NCBI GenBank assembly: GCA_026914245.1
Contig: CP110439.1
Coordinates: 1,798,001-1,862,000, forward strand
DNA from: Puccinia triticina
Lineage: Eukaryota
DNA length: 64,000 bases
Direction of reading: 5' to 3'
Part shown: one piece after another, positions 43,555 through 57,227 of the stretch
Layout: every line of letters starts with the position of its first letter
Numbering within the stretch: position 1 is the stretch's first letter
The notes under the pieces: model-generated
Told to the model about the DNA's origin: nothing
Seen by the model: only the letters and a program-made list of their open reading frames with translations
The model's database searches: none
Program-made: the position numbers and the translations under genes

Positions 43555-44573
43555 ACTCTTTCATCTCATGTCTCCTCCGGCATTCTCCAGCTGCCCGCTC
43601 CTGTTCAGTCTCTTAGCAGAGTACAATCAGCCTTGCTCTGTCATTACATTGCTACCACTTCACGTCCTTCTTTGTATAAATTCGTACATGTTTTGTATCT
43701 GATGACCTCATTCATGCCTACATCTGACTCGGTTTCCTTCTTGCAATCCCATTGCTATCCTCGATTAATTATCATCCAGCAGTGCACGGTTGAGGAGCCT
43801 GTCATAATTTCCGGGCATTGTGCATTGTCTTGCTTCTTCATGCTTCTGCAGACCACAAAATTTTACCCTGCGGCCATTTTCAACTGGCTTCCACTTCTTG
43901 CATTTCTTCTCATTGTCCTCCGGTGTCTATTCTATCAAGGTAGAATTGCCTTGTTCCTCATCTTTTGGCACCTACATAGTTGGTCGACCGCACAGGTTGT
44001 GATTTTGTTGCTAGACGGCACTTTTTTGACATGGATCTTTAAAACATGGCTTTCATTGTACTCCAGAATGATTGGGCTAGTTTTACCCTACAACGGTGAG
44101 CAGAAAGGATGAAGAGATAAAATTATCTATGAGCAATGGCTATATTACTTGAATCCTATTGTTTGCGCAGACAAAGCAGAGCCCACTCAATTGGCAAAGC
44201 TTGAATGAATATCACCATGAAAAACCTGAGGCTGAGGGGACTAGGTGGTAGGTGACGTGAAGTTAACTCCAGTCTTAACTCCAACCATACACTTATGGAA
44301 AAGTGGTAGAACCCCCTGATGATGACAAAGGGGCCATTGTTATTCAAGGGGAGTAATGCTGGAGTACCACTGGAATTCCAGCATATTTTACTGAATGTCA
44401 CCTGACACCTATTCACATCAATTTTTTTCATGGTGTATTCTCATAGCGCAGTCCGGCAAATGAGTTTAGTTGCATCTTTCCAAAGTTGTGTTGTGCCTAT
44501 TGTCAAACAATAATGGTGTTCATCTTCAGACCAAATTACTTGCAATTCAGAAGCAAAAAGGCAAAAATACTGC

Positions 44574-44919
44574 TTAGAGTGTATCAAGTGTAAATGTATT
44601 CTTTTCCAACTGCAGAACAAGGTATTGAAAGTCAGTCAAAGCATCACCAGATGAAAACCATGGCGGGAGGATGGTTGGGATCAAGATTGGCAGAAGCTAA
44701 TCCGCATCCCAATAAAATTGAAAAAAGTGATAATCAAACCTTGGCTTCCAATTTTTTTCTGAGTGCGTTCACGCACTCATGGGTGACCAGCAGATGAGTC
44801 TTGTCTAGCTCTTGGATTACAAATGGTGCGACAAGACCTAATTCATATATTTGATGTCTTGGTGGATCATTCAGCTCCACAATCAGCGGTTTTTCCACTG
44901 GATCACTTTGAATTGAAGC
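44574..44919 (-). pseudogene. TFB5: TFIIH subunit Tfb5/TTD-A-like, N-terminus cut by a solo LTR
   Basis: IQSDP..LIVELND..FVIQELDKTHLLVTHECVNALRKKLEAK, then intron 44610-44739, then LEKNTFTLDTL*. Matches the Tfb5 DP..LD.THLL..EKNT pattern. Confidence 0.68.
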
Positions 44920-46004
44920 TGTCAACCCTTGAGACATTTAGAATGTCCAAGAGGGTTGCAAATACAATTATCTATCATTAATGTAGTATACAATTTTATA
45001 AAAAGCGCGGGCGCAGAAAAGTGAGAGCGCTGAGAGCAGAGATAATGAATATGTAATGATATGTTATGTGCTATAGCCGCGCTATAGAGCGCGGGAGCTG
45101 CGAGTAAGAGTAATGCATATATGCTTAAAATTAAGAACAACCACAAATAGTAGAAATAATAATCAAGAATTAACAAACAAAGAAAAACAAGTAATGAGGA
45201 AAAACTTTGACATGTACAATGATACAATCATAACCAAAGACACGGAAGAGAGAACAGTTATCTCTTTGGAAGAGTCGGAGGGACCCTCTTCTTCCCCGGA
45301 GACAGAGAGATCAAATTTTGATTCGACTTCCAACCAGAATTTGTAAACTAAAGGTAATTACTACTTAGAACAACTCTAACCTAGACTACTGAATCACAGT
45401 ACTCTAGTATAAGACTCCTTTATCTAGTATTTTCCTCAATATACGTTAGTAAGCAGAACCGGATAATTATTGATAAGAAATTCTCGTGACCTTTCCCAGA
45501 TCAGTAGAGCTTGTTAAGCAATCGTACTTGATAGAGATAGTGCTACCAGGAACTGACTCTGTAAGTTTAAATTCCTTATTCTTATTGAGAGTTATAATAT
45601 ACTCCTCTCTTATAAATATATATTTTTCCCAAATCACTTCCCATTTCCTTACTCTTACTAAATATCCGTAAACCAACTACACTATAAAACTTTACTTCTG
45701 GGTTTTTTGGTAATAACCCTACCATGCTATTTTAGCCGGAAAGAAACCAAAAAGATCTTATAAATATCTTAGATCTAACCTCCTATAGATTTCTATAGGA
45801 GAGGCTAGCTATAAGCAGCTTAACCAGTCTACAGAGACTAGACCGCTATACGCACAATAAACTTAAATATAAATCTCTTATCTCTTATCTTTTACTTTTT
45901 TCTCTTCCTATCTACTGTTGTATTTAGACTACTATAGTAATTATACATATATAATTACTAATACCTTGTCTAGCTAGTTCCCTACGCGGGTACGCCAGCT
46001 GACA
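44920..46004. mobile_element. Solo LTR (1085 bp), TpA-rich
   Basis: TGTCA...TGACA ends, 5-bp TSD GAAGC at 44915-44919 and 46005-46009. Confidence 0.85.
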
Positions 46005-47388
46005 GAAGCATTGCCAGTGAATTTTAAAATTGGCAGGCTTGGATGAAAACAAACATCACATCTCCTTTTCCGCAGATGTTATTGGATTCAACAAGAGGAC
46101 ACCACCTACCAAATAACCAAGACTCCTTTGTGGGCTTGGACCATGTCCAAACAGACGGATCTGACCCTCAAGTGGTAAAAGTTGGAGAGTGTGGTCTCGG
46201 TTTTGCCCAGCGCAAAGGGAAGGGGACGTCGTGGCAATAGTTAACTCCATGAGGAACCCGCGGGGTTTGGAGAATTTGTGTGAGAATTCAAAGAGCTAAG
46301 ATTTATTTTCATTAGGTCTTGTTCAAGCAACGCTGCAGTCTTTTTAAGAAGAAACAAAAACAGGAATGAGCTCTTACCTAAGAGCAGAGGTATTGACAAC
46401 AAGGAGTAAAGTTTGGTGACAAAGAAAGGTGAATAAAAGAAACTGAGAAGGAGCAGCGGACAATAAGAGAATCAAGACAAGAATAATCTACAGCACGGGA
46501 CGAAGGCTTCGCAATGCAGAAGTGATTGATGACAAGATGGGGCGGATTGTGAGCGGACAGGAGACAAGACAAATGGGAAGAGCACGCAATGCGAAAAAAA
46601 AAGAAAAGAAACGTGCTAAAGCACAAGAAGGCGCGCAATGCAAAAAAGAAAAGAAACGTGCTCAAGCACAAGAAGTAGAAAAGGAAAAAGTGTGAAGATG
46701 AAAAAGTTTGATAGTGAAATAAGCTAGAATTTGAACTTTGTAGGAGAATGGTCAAAAGCGGATGAAGTCAGCTTGTTTGGCCCTCCAAAGCTTGCTCTTT
46801 ATAGGCGAAGCTTACTGATTATGGTTTTGCCTAGGCGCAACCTTTTTTCACTGAATCTAATCAGGGTTTGGGCTGGTTCATTTGCACCGGTCCAGGCTGG
46901 TTGCCGTGGATGCGGGTTGTTACTTCGTTTGCCAAGGCTACGGTAGGGAGAGGAGTAGGGTATGAGTGAAACTGCACCGGTTAATGGCAACGGGCAGGGT
47001 TCAGCCATATTGGCTACTTACAGTTGAGGAAGACCATTGCTTCTGGGTTGATACTTTGACAATTTGCACCTCGGGCCAATTAATGTCATTAAAATAACAA
47101 GGGCCTTACTAAAAAAACATGGTTTTTCCACAAAAAAAATTAGTTTGACAACCCAGTGTGGTTGAAACTGCTGCGCAAAACACACAGTTTTTTATAATTT
47201 TTCCCGGCTTAGGCCCTGTTTGCCAGCAGTAATGTTATTTATATCATGTTGGGCACTTACCTAACATGATAAACATCATCAAGAATTTCACATGTTTCAA
47301 CATAACTCAAGTGTTTGGCCAATTTATCTACATAACAAGCTCCATAACTGGTATTTACTGGCCATCAAGTGTACATACCGGCAAGGCC

Positions 47389-47595
47389 AGGGGCTTCACA
47401 ATTGAAATTTACAACTTTGGGACACATTTTAAGGTGTTTATGAACATTTTTTTTTTAAAAACTGATAAGTTGAAAATGCACTGATTGATCGGTATCACCT
47501 GCTGCTGTGCATTTTCCCAAAATTTTACAATTTTGTTCATAAAGGCCTTAAATTTGGCTCCAAATTTTAGTAAAGTTCAATTGTGAATCCCCCTA
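47389..47595. mobile_element. Degenerate MITE related to 56643-56832
   Basis: GGGGCTTCACAATTG / CAATTGTGAATCCCC inverted ends. Confidence 0.55.
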
Positions 47596-47713
47596 TTTGT
47601 GTTGAAGCAATAGCCAAAGGTCAAGGTGGAGGATAAATTTCCCAAAGAAAAAATAACCTCATAGTCAAGTGACTCAGAGGGACAGAACAAAGGGGGCCAA
47701 TGAAGCCCTCAAG

Positions 47714-48264
47714 CAAGGGTGCAAAAACTACACTACATTTAGCGTAGTTTTCAGCTATATTAGTGTAGTTTGTGTCACTAAACTATTTTGTATAGAGATG
47801 GCCATTGGCACCCGCTGGCGGGTACCCCCAACTCTTCAGCAGGTACTTCATGACTTGGGAAGTGCCAGCCAGCAGGCTTGGGGTGTTCAACTTTGGTAAA
47901 AAGTCAAGCATATAGCTTTGCACCTGCAATGGTTGCCTGTAGGGGCAGATAGCTACCTGCTAAAGAGTGGCGGGTACCCGCCAGCGGGTGCCACTGGCCA
48001 TCTCTAATTTTGTAGCTGTAGTGCCTACTGAGCTACAGCTACAGCTAAACAATTTTTGAATAAAAAAATGCAGTTTTAGTTTTAGTGGCCCCTAATTAGC
48101 TGTAGTGAACCACTAATTAGCTGGAGTTGAGAGTATTTTAGTGTTAGTGTGATTTAGTGGCTCCCCACTACAGCTACAGCTAATAGCCCCAAAAGTTAGT
48201 GGACATCAGCTACAATTCACTTTTAGGGGAGCTAACATAGTTTAGCATAGTTGTTGTGCCCTTG
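47714..48264. mobile_element. MITE, CAAGGG termini, 7-bp TSD CCTCAAG
   Basis: CAAGGGTGCAA / TTGTGCCCTTG ends, TSD at 47707-47713 and 48265-48271, internal TAGCT/GCTA motifs. Confidence 0.8.
47793..48006. mobile_element. hAT-type MITE nested in the previous MITE
   Basis: ~35-bp TIR TAGAGATGGCCA.TGGCACCCGCTGGCGGGTACC, 8-bp TSD ATTTTGTA. Confidence 0.88.
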
Positions 48265-50592
48265 CCTCAAGGAGGGCTAGGAGCTGCTAGTGTGTGTGGC
48301 ATAAAAGCGCTCATGTTAAATAAGGTTGTATGTCATAGAAAACTCAGGGAAAAGTGCCCAGAAAACAGATGGGTTTTTTATTATCCAGATGCACCAACTT
48401 TATAGCTTATTAAAACTGAGGGACAGCCTGTGGGCAGAAGCTGGACATGCATATTCATTGTGGAGAGAGAAACAAGAGTGAAAGTGTCAGAGATGGGACA
48501 GGGAGACAAAAGGAAACCTGGTTGTTGGGATTTGACTCAAAACACAATGACTCAAGGTGGAGGCAAAGAAATGAGCTGAGAAGCTCAAGAGAGAAGGCAG
48601 TGAGATGGGAGGCTCACCGGATGTGGTTTGATGATGGCGCGGGCAAAAAGGAGATGAGAACCAATAGTGTTATTGCTCTGTGCTAGGCTAGACTAAAATA
48701 GGCTAGATACACAGGGCCAAAATGTGGTTGAAGCAGTAATGAATATGAAAAGAAAGGAATAAGAATGTTCTGGAACAACAAGGGAAGGTTTCACAGGGTA
48801 CCACTAATGTCACCAGCAGAGAACGCACACACTCCAATATAAGTCAATGACCAGTGGAAATAGACAGACTTTTCTAATCAAGGATCAAATTCTACATGAA
48901 TTAGTAAGATAAGCATATGACCAAGAACAAGGGACAGAACTGAGTGTGGGGTATCATAAGTGTTTGACTTAGTAGATCTTGGGAAGTATCATGATCTTGA
49001 GGCAGAAGGAAGTGAAAACACAACACTGGTCAGTTGCAGTTTCAACACAATGGCCAGCACACAGTGTGGTGATTTATATTGACAAGTGTGACAAAATTTC
49101 CACTTGGCAATATTGCAAGCAGGAATGCACATGCGGCTGAGCTCACTGTGCATTTGGTGACATAATTGCTGAGGATGATGTTAGAAAGCACAACAAAAAA
49201 ATCTTACAGAAAGTTGCATGAACAGAAAGCACAGATTGGGATGACTCGCGGGAGGTCAGATTGGATAGGCGGACCGGAGCGGAGGGTGAGAACTTGACTG
49301 CAGCTGATCAAAAGTTTGGACTGGTAGCAGTGGCAGAAGCGCTGGTGAGAGACAGAGGACGTGGGAGGTCAAGCGTTGGAGAGGAGCAAAGCATGCAGAA
49401 TTGGGGTGGAGATGGCATACTAGTGCTGTGTGGTGGTAGAATCTGGCGCAGGGCATCAAAGTGACCAACAAAGTTTCTGGGTGGGCGGTGCTGTGGGGCA
49501 CAAGGGCTCCGCAGGACCTTCAAACAGCGGAGGCGGAGCGCATATGCTAGGTGCGGAGCGTGCAGACAAAGGCAGCAGAGCTGGGGTGTGCGGAGCGGAG
49601 CAGACTTTCTCAGTCCAGGCAGTACGGCAACCCAATTCTGCTAAAATTATACCATTTTTAGTATCTCAAAAGAACCACCTGGATCTCTCCTTTTGATTAA
49701 TCCATTTTGTTGAAGAGCCCAGTTTTTACAGCACTTTCTGTGTAGCCTTCTGTTCCTACGGCGGCATGTGGGCCCCCAATATTCACTTGTCCCCTGAGAC
49801 ACACACCTTCCCCTAAACTTTATCCCATGATTATTAGCTCAAATCAATTGCCTGGTTCTGCTCTTTTGATTGATCATGGTTTAAGGAAATTTTATAAAAA
49901 AGCATGGTTTTCATATTTGTTCCTTTCTTGCTTCTTGGAAAAGACATCTTCCAAGAGAAAACAATTTTTCCTTTTGACTGATCACGGTTTGAGAGAATTA
50001 TGTTGAGAAACGCAGTGTTTACATGGTTTCTGCAAAGGTGGGCCACTTAGCATTAGCGTAGCGGCGCTTACAGCGCCCCATTTTTTATGTAGTGCTCACG
50101 CGCCGCCAACGCCGCTACGCTGCGTTACACTAGGCTACAGCACTTTTAGCGACAAAAAAGGCCTAAAAGCCGCCTCTTGGAGTTTCTCCATCCTCTCCTT
50201 GCTCCAAAAATGGGCATTCAAAGATCTTCATGTCATGCTAGTTACTGATGTGCAAGGGAATGTTTGCTTCTCAGTCTCCTTGAAGGTGGTCACAGAAAAA
50301 GACACACTTGAAGTTGAGTACCAGTCGTTTTTTCAGTGTACAATTTCCATGTTAAGATCATCAGTTGATCTGAGAAAAATTGTAGCGATCATCAATTGAT
50401 CTGAGAAACATTGTAACGATCATCAATTGAATCAAAGTGTGAGTCATACTTGAGGTAGAATATAGCCTATCTTTTTTGGTTTTGAGGGAGAGATAGAGAT
50501 ACAAGTTTTCTTTTTCATAATAGAGCAGCGGCAGAGGGGAATAAAGAAAAGAGCGACTGAGAGGCTAGCAAGACATGAGAGACACTTTAAGT

Positions 50593-53500
50593 TCAACAAC
50601 CTAAAGATGGACTATTTTTGGTTAATTCTTTGAAGTCTGCTCCCAGGGTAGGATGGTTACTTGTATCTTTGATCAATTGACAGAATTTCGGTGAAGTGCC
50701 TAAATATCGGAAGAACATAACATTCAGTCTATGATAGTACGCTTAACGGCGAGGAGAAAAGTGAATCAATCGTATCTTACTTGGTGAAGAAACCCGCAGG
50801 AGAGCAACTAAGGCTCTAAGCGCTGATCTCTGCAATTCCGCCGTTCGTTCATGGTCTTGTTTGACTGAATTATCCTTTAGTTTCAGGTTGATCGTTGCCG
50901 AGAAAGCTTCGGTGGATTGGTCAAGACCTGTCGAAGACATTTTTAGCGATAATTTATTGGTACAATCAGAAGTATTGATGGTGTAAGACCGAATTGCTTA
51001 CGCGAAGCTATGGTCGTCGGGGCTATGTATGAAAGTCGAATAAGCATCAAATAACAAAGAACTTTGATCTCATCCTCGTCGGATAAACCGCCCAACACTC
51101 GATTGGTGAACTCGTTGATATCGATTTTGTTAAGACATGTCTCTAACAAAGTGAGCATTGTAGAATACGCCAGCTGTGCAAACAAATGTAGTTTGAGCAG
51201 TAAAAAAAGAACATAATCAGTGGAAGGGATACTTTAGTCGACAATAACCAAAAACTGACCTTGCGAGTTTCCAGTCCATCATCGACTCGATGTTTGAAAG
51301 GGCCCATCTCAACAAACCGAACAAGGCTTTGATCGACGGATGTCTCTGCGTATAAATGTGGCAAAAGTTGGGGAAGAACCTCCCTGACCAAGTTCCGTTT
51401 GTTGTGAGCGGCTGAATCCAAAACAGATAACGCTAAGGATCGAACGGAGAGATCGGTATCCCGAATGTGCCCCAAGATCTCTGAGATAAAAGGCGCTAAT
51501 TGTTCGTCAAACCCAGGCGTGTCATCCGTCAAAGTGAATCTCACTGCAGTCATGCAGGACATGCGAATTTGAGGGGAGGGAGATTTGAGGCGCGCCTGAG
51601 GGTTTCCAAAACAATATGTAAGGTATAGCTCATATATTTATAGAATACGGCATTCAAGCTGCAAGGGACATACCAGTAATCTTGGAAGGAATTTTCCGGC
51701 GTCAGAAAGAGTAAGCTTGCCGAGACATTCGGCCGCAACGTTTCTGGAAGTTTCTAATTGTCCATCTACCGCGTCGAATAGAGGATCCCACAAGCTATCG
51801 GCATGACTAGACAAGCTGGGGCTGGGGGCATGAGCAATAAACTGGTTGTGGGACAAATTATCATTGTTAGACTCGAGAGGTTCGGTAATTTAGTTGGTAA
51901 AAAGCTCACCTCCTTGAGGGCTTGTAGTGGCAAGTGACGATGCTTCTCAGTAGCTCCGATGAGCGCAAATATATGAGGGAGAAAAACGTCGGCAGCCCCA
52001 GTGGCCATGTTCCCTGTAAGGTGAGAATCATCTCAAAGTCAAATCACCGGTCTTTGCATAATCTCAGACCCTTCATAGCTTACCGATAGCAAATGCTGCA
52101 GCATTGCGCATGTCTTCATAGGGTGAATCAAACCTAGTCAACGCGCTTTTGAAGACTTCATGATGAGACGATAAATCACTGAAATGAAATTGAAAAGACG
52201 ATGTCAGGTCAAATATCAAAGGAAATCTTCAAGAAAGTGCCCACTAACACAACACGCCCGATTTCACCCAGACAAATCAAGCTGAAGAATGCGGAGGTCT
52301 TATTGTCCGCAGAGTCTTGCAAGACGGACGCAAAGTTACCCAGCACTTGCAACCCGACAGGCGGCTGCACACGAACAACTGCCCCGATACATCGTGCGAC
52401 CGTATAATAAGGCTGAAGACCAGATGCTGCGTTCGGGGACATAACACCATCAGTTTTGGTGAGAACAGCGGCCTTTGCTTGCTCGAGTGTCGAAGTTTTA
52501 TCAACGGTATTGGCTAAACTAGCTATCAAGGCTTCAGGCTCATCAAGCTTGTGTTTGACCAGCGCAGAGAAAAGAGATATTAAGGCATCTGAAGCCGGTC
52601 CCTGTGAAATAGCAGCGGATTTGATGATTTGATAGACAGGCTCAAGCAGTTTAGCTTTTGCTGCAGCGGGCAAGTCGGTCGCGAAGGGGATGACGAAGCC
52701 AAGAGATTTCAATGCTAACGGCAGAAGAGGTAAATCCCCGACATCGATCATCGGATGCAGGTCAGAAACCAAAGTTTGGACGACTTCAGGATCGATTTTA
52801 GTATTTGATCGTGTGAGAAGAGCGTTGAGACATTCAAAGCACGAAATCTTCAGGGTTCGGTTGTTCTTGCGCAAGAAGGATGCCACCACGGGGATAATTT
52901 GGCTTATCCAGTTTTCAAAAGTTTCTCCTTTAGGCACGGGTGATCGGACAATTTCAGTGACAACTTGAAGCGTACTGCATTTAGTAATTTCGTTGTCCAA
53001 ACGCTGGGTGATGATAGGCAACGAGTTACCAAAATCGCTTTCGAAGAGGTTGGCAGCATGAGTAATCAAGTCTTGGTAACACATTGCAGCCCACTCTTTG
53101 ACTTCTTGATCAGCACTGGAGCAATTCAAACGGCTCATAGTCGCATCGTAAATGGCTTTGAGAGCGCTGGCAGAATCAGAATGGACTGGTGAAGAGGGTG
53201 CCAGGGGGCTTAAGACTTTGATCAAAGAGGACGCGGCCATGAAAGCTTCACTAGTGATTCGATGATACTGATCATTGATGCCAGACAAAAGCAGGTTGAC
53301 GAAGCGGGCTAGCTCCGGTGTAAACGATCGAGGATGGTGGGTGCGAAAAAACAAGGTCAAAAACTTGTAGACTTCCATTTTGAGAGAGGTACCCGAGCCA
53401 GAAATTCCGGCGTCCGCTGATTTTAGAGACGACTCGATCCGATCCAACAATGGCAAGATTTGAGTCTCTAAACCGCCATCCAGGACATTGATCAATTCGT

Positions 53501-55371
53501 ACAGCAACGTAAAACCGCTTTGCCGCACGGCGATCGACTTGCAGTTTAAACACTTGATAATTGATTTCGAGATGGCGGGTGACTGAGCACGTAGCAAGCC
53601 TAGTGGCCCGTTGGCCTTTTGATCGTCTATCATTGTTGTCGGTCTTTTGCGCTTTAAAACATTTTCCGTAGGGTTTTGGTCCTCAGAACCCGAAAAGGTT
53701 TTGGTTTGCTTAAGCAGAATGGTAAACGTAGACCATACTTCCAACTTGACACTTTCTTCACGATCTTCAAATCTTGATATTAAGACAGGTGAAACGGACT
53801 GATAGAGCTCCTGCAAAAGTTCAAAGCGAGTGGCAATCAATGTTGATAAGAGCTTGGTGGCTGCTCTGCGAATTTTCCATGACATATCATCATCGTCTGA
53901 GTACCTGTGTAGCCATCGAGAAGCAGTCAGAATCACTGGTCAAATGTAACTGCATATATAGCATTGAGTACTGGTCGACTGACTCATCACCAAACTCCGC
54001 ATCCTCATCGTCTTCTTCATTTTCATTCTCATCGATATCCATTTCGTCAGATTCATCCACACCAGCGTAGTTCTAAAGCCGTCAAATGTCCGATGGCTAG
54101 CATCAGATCATACGAGATGCGTTACAATTTCGGCTCAGTTGAAAAAATGGACTTACAGGATCGTACTGGATAGCCTTAGTGGCAGCATTGATGATCAGAG
54201 GAATAAAGCTCGACATTTCGGTGGGACATTTCAACAACAAAGATTCGAGGGTCTGGAGACTTGTATCTCTCAATTCTTCTTCGTCAACTTCCGAAACTTT
54301 AACCACCAACGGAACCAGCTCAGTGAGCACAGTAGCTAATCGCTCAGGAGAAGCGCGAGCCAAGACACCGGCCAAGAAGACGCTGTTTTTCAACTTGAGG
54401 GTTTCAGTGGTGCGCAACCCAGGCATCACAGTTTTGGAAATGAGAGCAGAAAAGATGTCGTCCTTGCAGCAGCCTGCTAGCGAGCCCAGGGCAGTGACCA
54501 CCCTTTTTGATACGGCCGTTCGAGGGTTAGTAAGATTGGGCAAGAGAGCTTTGAGTGCTTGATTTTGTATGGAGGAGTTTGATCGGAAATAAATATCGAA
54601 CCGAGTAAGCAAGTCGGACAACACATCAAGGTGGGTTACTAGAGTGTCTGAGGAGGCAGGCATGTCTTGGAGCTGAGTGATCAATTTGGGAGTAAGTTTG
54701 TTGCATAATGTAGGAGCCAGTTTGGAATTTGTTGGGATTTCAGTGACCACGGTTTTTAAAGCTACACGTCGACCAGCGCGATGGTCAGACAGATCTAAGC
54801 GCTCTCGGAACTCTGGCCGATAAAGTATTGCAGATTACATATACTGGAAACGCACCTAGGCCAGCCAAGTCGCGTAGTTGCTCATCCTCGTTGGCGCTAT
54901 ACGAGATCAACTTGTCAACGATTCGCGTCATCCTGGGATCACTGACGCTTTTGACGAGGACACCCAATCTGATAATAAACGGCATGCGCGAAATTTGGTT
55001 TCCCGATGAGTAAACATTCAAATAAGACAGAATGAGAGCAAGGGGAAGCAAATTTAAGTTTGAATATTATTTACGTCTTGACTGCCTGATTTTTGACCTC
55101 GGTGTTCTTATCTTTGACCATTTCAAGGACCAGATCGACTGTTTCTTTCTCGATCGCCTCGTCCATGTGGAACGGTTTCTCGCCCGCGTGCGCCCTGGCG
55201 GTAAGCTCCTTGATCAAGTCGGTCAAGGCCATGAACCTGAAATCGGCGTCTGGATTGCGCATCTGTCGGTTATTGAGAACATCTTGGTCAGTACCTCAGG
55301 AAACAATTCGAGGGGAGGGATCTTACCTTGGTTAGAAATTGCTTGATGTTGTAAGTCTTGCTCGAAGACAT
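50593..55371 (-). CDS. CAND1: Cullin-associated NEDD8-dissociated protein 1 (multi-exon)
   Basis: MRNPDADFRFMALTDL, YSDDDDMSWKIRRAATK, RNVAAECLGKL, VEMGPFKHRVDDGLETRK. HEAT-repeat exons with canonical introns. Confidence 0.95.
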
Positions 55372-56301
55372 TTTGTCGGCGTTTCTAATTTTGAGTCAAA
55401 AAGCAAAGGGAGTGATGACGATGGTCCAACCTGAGGGAGAGCACTCTGGATAGATAATATCTCCGCGAAGGCGCTAGCTTAACTAAGCCTCTTGAACGGA
55501 GGGTCCGGGGAACCCCGCCCGGAGGGCTCTCCGCAGGAGAGGCTTATGAGTTATGTCTTGATTTAAGCAGGAGCAGAAAGGATCTGCTACACTAAAAATC
55601 CCAACCAATATAGAAAAACTGAATACACAGAGCTGTAGGTTCTGTTCTTGCAAGGAATTTGAGCCACTTATCTATCTTGTAGCCAGAAAAACAACTCCTG
55701 GAGTCCCAAACAAGTGGAGCCTCATTTGGAAGACTTGTGCATTTTTGATCTTTTGAAAAGGTCAACAGATTGAGATAGAAAAAATCTGAGTAGACCAAAA
55801 TGTAGAGAAAGAAAAGTAGCATAGGGTACAGATAGGGCATATTGGTGGAGAGGCTGGGGGAGGAGCTATAAATTTTTTAAAAACCTCTCAGCCAAATGAA
55901 CTTTCTGCTCCCGCGTAAAATTTGGGATAATGCACAAGTCCCTCCCTGCAGGAGGGGCGGCTTCGCCGCCAGCCACAGCGCTCCCACCAGGGGGGACTTG
56001 TGTTAAGTTAGGCGAAGGCGAGTGTGCGTAAAAGGAGAGCCTGCGCGATCCGCCTCTTCCAAGAGCGCCATTCATTTTCAGCCTTCATATTGCATACACT
56101 AGGGGTTGACCGCTAGGACGTGCCATTTGATAGCAAATCAAAGAGGTCAATCAATGTTCCGTGTAATAATATTGGAACAATTCAATAACACTTCACATAA
56201 GGGGATGAGTATTGAACGTGATTCAAATGGGATTCGGCCGGAAATGTTCCTGATTCCTCATGAAGTAGTGGAGGACTTCCAGAACCCCGGTAAGCCTCTG
56301 C

Positions 56302-56639
56302 TGAACCGGCTCATGTAACCGGTAGCAATACAATTTTTTTTTTCCAAAATGATGCTCATGAATGATTGCAATTTGGTAGCAATTTGGATTTTTTTAACTG
56401 ACCTACTCATGTAGTTGCCCAGAGTTGGTAGCAAAATTGCTTCAGGTCAGAAAACAATGTAGCAGGCCAAAGTAAAAAATTGCAAATGGCTGAAAATCAA
56501 ACATTTCATGGAGGGGGAGAAGATTACATTTGTGAACATACTCATGTAAAGGGTATTGCAAATGGTTTTTTAATCACAAGACCCAATTTTTCCCCATAGC
56601 AAAAGTGCATTTTGGCACATATTTACATGAGCCGGTTCA
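56302..56639. mobile_element. MITE-like element with 17-bp TIR TGAACCGGCTCATGTAA
   Basis: Inverted at 56302-56318 and 56623-56639. Confidence 0.55.
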
Positions 56640-56642
56640 ATA

Positions 56643-56832
56643 GGGGGGTTCACAATAGGATAAAAATAAAACTTTAGAGCTAATTTTAAGGCCTTCATGA
56701 ACACTTTTTTTTAAGAGATTAAAGTTTCTCTGGTTCTCAGGGGACGCCCAGTCCTGTACAACTTGCAAGACAATTGATAGAGGCCTTAAAATTGACTCTA
56801 AAATTTTATTTTTATCCTATTGTGAACCCCCT
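56643..56832. mobile_element. MITE with ~50-bp TIRs
   Basis: GGGGGTTCACAATAGGATAAAAATAAAA..AAGGCC present in inverted form at 56782-56832. Confidence 0.7.
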
Positions 56833-57227
56833 CTAATAGATGCTTGCTGGAGTCCTGGACTTCCCGTCAAGATCTACAGACCCTGCAGAACCAGATCTGG
56901 ATTCTGCAGCCACTGGTACAGCATGTCCCTGCAAAAATTAAAGTTTTCTGGCTGCAGATTGAGGGGAAGTCCTCTGGTGATCTTCAAAATTGAAATCACA
57001 AATGCATAAAAATAAAATCAAAGTGACTTTGGCAGGGGCATGCTTACATAATCCCAGCCAAAATCCATTTATGGATTTATGTTTGTGCAGCTATGTTTCA
57101 ATTTTGAAGACCACTAATGATATGTATTGGTTGTGCTCAGCAAGTCATACATATCTGCCACCAGGGGAGAAAGTGTGGCACTCTCTAGAGAGTGCCAGAC
57201 CGTAACTTCCTTCAGCAACCCTGGCGG

